From the NCBI GenBank assembly GCA_039908085.1, contig JAMOBH010000022.1:1-24000 (forward strand): a stretch of DNA of 24,000 bases, written 5' to 3'. The position numbers and the translations under genes were made by a program. Below the pieces are notes generated by a model. The model was not told the origin of the DNA. It made no database searches and was given only the letters and a program-made list of their open reading frames with translations. This DNA is from Magnetococcus sp. YQC-5. Lineage in GTDB: Bacteria; Pseudomonadota; Magnetococcia; Magnetococcales; Magnetaquicoccaceae. Positions 22,380-24,000 of the stretch are shown piece after piece (the stretch's first letter is position 1; every line of letters starts with the position of its first letter).

Positions 22380-23377
22380 ATACCACACGTATGATCTCTC
22401 TGTTTTCACTGATTTTGTTTCTGACCTGTACGGCCACGCTCTTCTTGCCGGACGATGCCGACGCAGCCCGGTTCGGAGGTGGCAGTTCCGTAGGCTCCAG
22501 GGGATCCCGGAGTTTTTCCACCCCACATCAAGCCACGCAACGTTCCGAAATGAAGCAAACCGCACCTCAATCCACACCCGCCTCTCCCTCAGGTGGTTCC
22601 CGGTTGGGTGCTGGCCTCATGGGGGGGATTGGAGGCTTGGTGCTGGGGGGCCTGTTGGGTTCCATGCTGTTCGGAGGCGGCGGCGGTGGCTTTGGTCTGT
22701 TGGAAGTTCTGCTCATCGGCGGGGTGATCTGGTTTCTTTGGAACCGCTTCAAAAAATCACAACAATCCGCAGCACCCATTCCGGCTACCAACACGGGTGC
22801 GCATTATGACTCTTTGAAAAACCCTGCCGCTGGTTCGGATTTTCAATCAACCAGCACTTATACTGGGTTTTCCGCACCCCAGGGGGGGGCCACAGGGCTT
22901 GACGAAGTCAGTCAAGGAGTGGCGCAGATCATGCGCATGGATCCCAATTTTCAGGAACCCCGGTTCATGGAGGGAGCCAAAGCCGCCTATCAGCAAATTC
23001 AGGGGGCCTGGAGCAATTGGAGTGTGGATCGTTTGCGTCCTCTGCTTACAGAGCGCATGTGGTTCATGATTGAAAAACAGGCCAGGGATCGTCAGGCCGC
23101 TGGACGTCGGGATATCGTGGAAAAGATTCGTTTTATTGTCGCTGAAATTTCCGAGGCATGGCAGGAGAATGGCGAAGATTGGATCACGGTTCATTTTGTG
23201 GTCGAGATGGTGGAATACGAAACAGACGTGGTGGGCCTGATCCAGAAAGGCAACCCCGATAGCCCCATTCAGGCCGAAGAGTATTGGACGTTCTGTCGTC
23301 CTACAGGTTCCACCAATCCGAACTGGTATCTTTCCGCTGTGCAACAGCCCGGTGAAGTGGCCAGAAGCGTGCAGTGA
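22376..23377 (+). CDS. Tim44-like domain membrane protein
   Basis: There is an ATGA overlap with the glcF stop. The protein has a signal peptide, a Gly-rich TM segment (GGLVLGGLLGSMLFGGGGGGFGLLEVLLIGGVIWFLW) and a C-terminal Tim44-like region (RMDPNFQEPRFMEGAKAAYQQIQGAWSNWSVDRLRPLLTERMW...). Confidence 0.75.
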   Translation: MNTTRMISLFSLILFLTCTATLFLPDDADAARFGGGSSVGSRGSRSFSTPHQATQRSEMKQTAPQSTPASPSGGSRLGAGLMGGIGGLVLGGLLGSMLFGGGGGGFGLLEVLLIGGVIWFLWNRFKKSQQSAAPIPATNTGAHYDSLKNPAAGSDFQSTSTYTGFSAPQGGATGLDEVSQGVAQIMRMDPNFQEPRFMEGAKAAYQQIQGAWSNWSVDRLRPLLTERMWFMIEKQARDRQAAGRRDIVEKIRFIVAEISEAWQENGEDWITVHFVVEMVEYETDVVGLIQKGNPDSPIQAEEYWTFCRPTGSTNPNWYLSAVQQPGEVARSVQ

Positions 23378-24000
23378 ACTTGTTTCCGTCCCATCATTTG
23401 CACCGGTATCTGTTGTCATGCGCATGGCTCATGATGGTCTGCCTTGTGCTTGCTGGTTGTTCTGCGCCACCGGAAAAGAAAGTCACGGAGGAGAACAGCC
23501 TGACACAGGTGTCCTGGTCACAAGTGGCTTCAATCCTCAATCAAGATAGTGAACTCGCCTCCTGGGCCGATGCCCTGGAGGCGAGTGTCGGTTATTATGC
23601 GGCTCTGAAACCAGAAACGTCGGTTCGGTTTGGTGCCATGGTCGTGACGGCCTCGGTTATGGCCAAGAGTTGTAAAGATCTGGCTCAGGCGGCCCGTTCC
23701 ATGGCCCCTGAGGCTTTTCATGAGCATTTACAGAAAAATTATCTTTTGTTTCGCTCAGTTGGTAGTGATCAGCAAGGTGAAGTCCTGGCCACGGCTTATT
23801 ATGAGCCTCTGTTGCAGGGTTCGCTTACATCTACCAAGAATTATATTTATCCGATTTATCGGCGTCCCCACAATCTGGTGGAGGTCAATTTGTCGGAATG
23901 GTGGCCGGATTTCAAGGACAAGCGGATTGTGGGGCGTCTCGAAAAGAGCCAGTTGCGACCTTATTATGATCGTACCAGGATTGATCAAGACAAGGTCTTG
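23374..24000 (+). CDS. mltA: Membrane-bound lytic murein transglycosylase A (MltA), 3'-truncated by the window end
   Basis: This open-ended frame is not in the ORF track; I translated it by hand. The lipoprotein signal is ...HRYLLSCAWLMMVCLVLAGCS. The MltA signature is GEVLATAYYEPLLQGSLTSTKNYIYPIYRRPHNLV. Start candidates are GTG 23374 (GTGA overlap with the upstream stop), TTG 23398 and ATG 23431. Confidence 0.8.
   Translation, partial: MNLFPSHHLHRYLLSCAWLMMVCLVLAGCSAPPEKKVTEENSLTQVSWSQVASILNQDSELASWADALEASVGYYAALKPETSVRFGAMVVTASVMAKSCKDLAQAARSMAPEAFHEHLQKNYLLFRSVGSDQQGEVLATAYYEPLLQGSLTSTKNYIYPIYRRPHNLVEVNLSEWWPDFKDKRIVGRLEKSQLRPYYDRTRIDQDKVL

Overview
This 24-kb chromosomal window is about 50-55% GC by eye. 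It comes from a motile, chemotactic Gram-negative (proteobacterial-type) organism that I cannot name from sequence alone.

Gene content, left to right:
- A methyl-accepting chemotaxis protein (MCP) with a PilJ-type sensor and a C-terminal chemoreceptor zinc-binding (CZB) domain (-).
- A pqiA (split into two genes)-pqiB-pqiC MCE envelope lipid-transport operon (+).
- A PomA/PomB-like flagellar stator pair plus a small membrane protein (+).
- A 637-aa secreted protein or lipoprotein of unknown function (-), and a tiny Lys-rich ORF (+).
- A periplasmic PDZ protein, a low-GC ORFan, an AGCS Na+:alanine/glycine symporter and a stand-alone CZB protein (all -).
- A membrane-anchored hypothetical protein (+).
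- A small ORF overlapping an AbiEii-like nucleotidyltransferase (+).
- rsmI (-), divergent from an LpoA-like penicillin-binding-protein activator (+).
- A GlcF-like Fe-S protein, a Tim44-like protein and a 3'-truncated MltA (+).

I saw no rRNA, tRNA, CRISPR array, transposase or integrase.

The most unusual signal is non-coding. A family of about 120-155 bp composite palindromic elements fills nearly every intergenic gap in the first 15.3 kb. There are 7 copies there, plus 2 diverged solo arms further right. Each element has two inverted GC-hairpin / C-run / T-run arms around a pure A/T core, and 14-nt terminal inverted repeats.

The arms sit flush against the stop codons of convergent genes. 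One copy lies inside the pqiB-pqiC junction, and one carries a 34-nt poly-C tract. Hairpin variants keep their pairing through compensatory changes. I do not recognise the element, but its novelty can only be settled by database and genome-wide searches that I cannot run.
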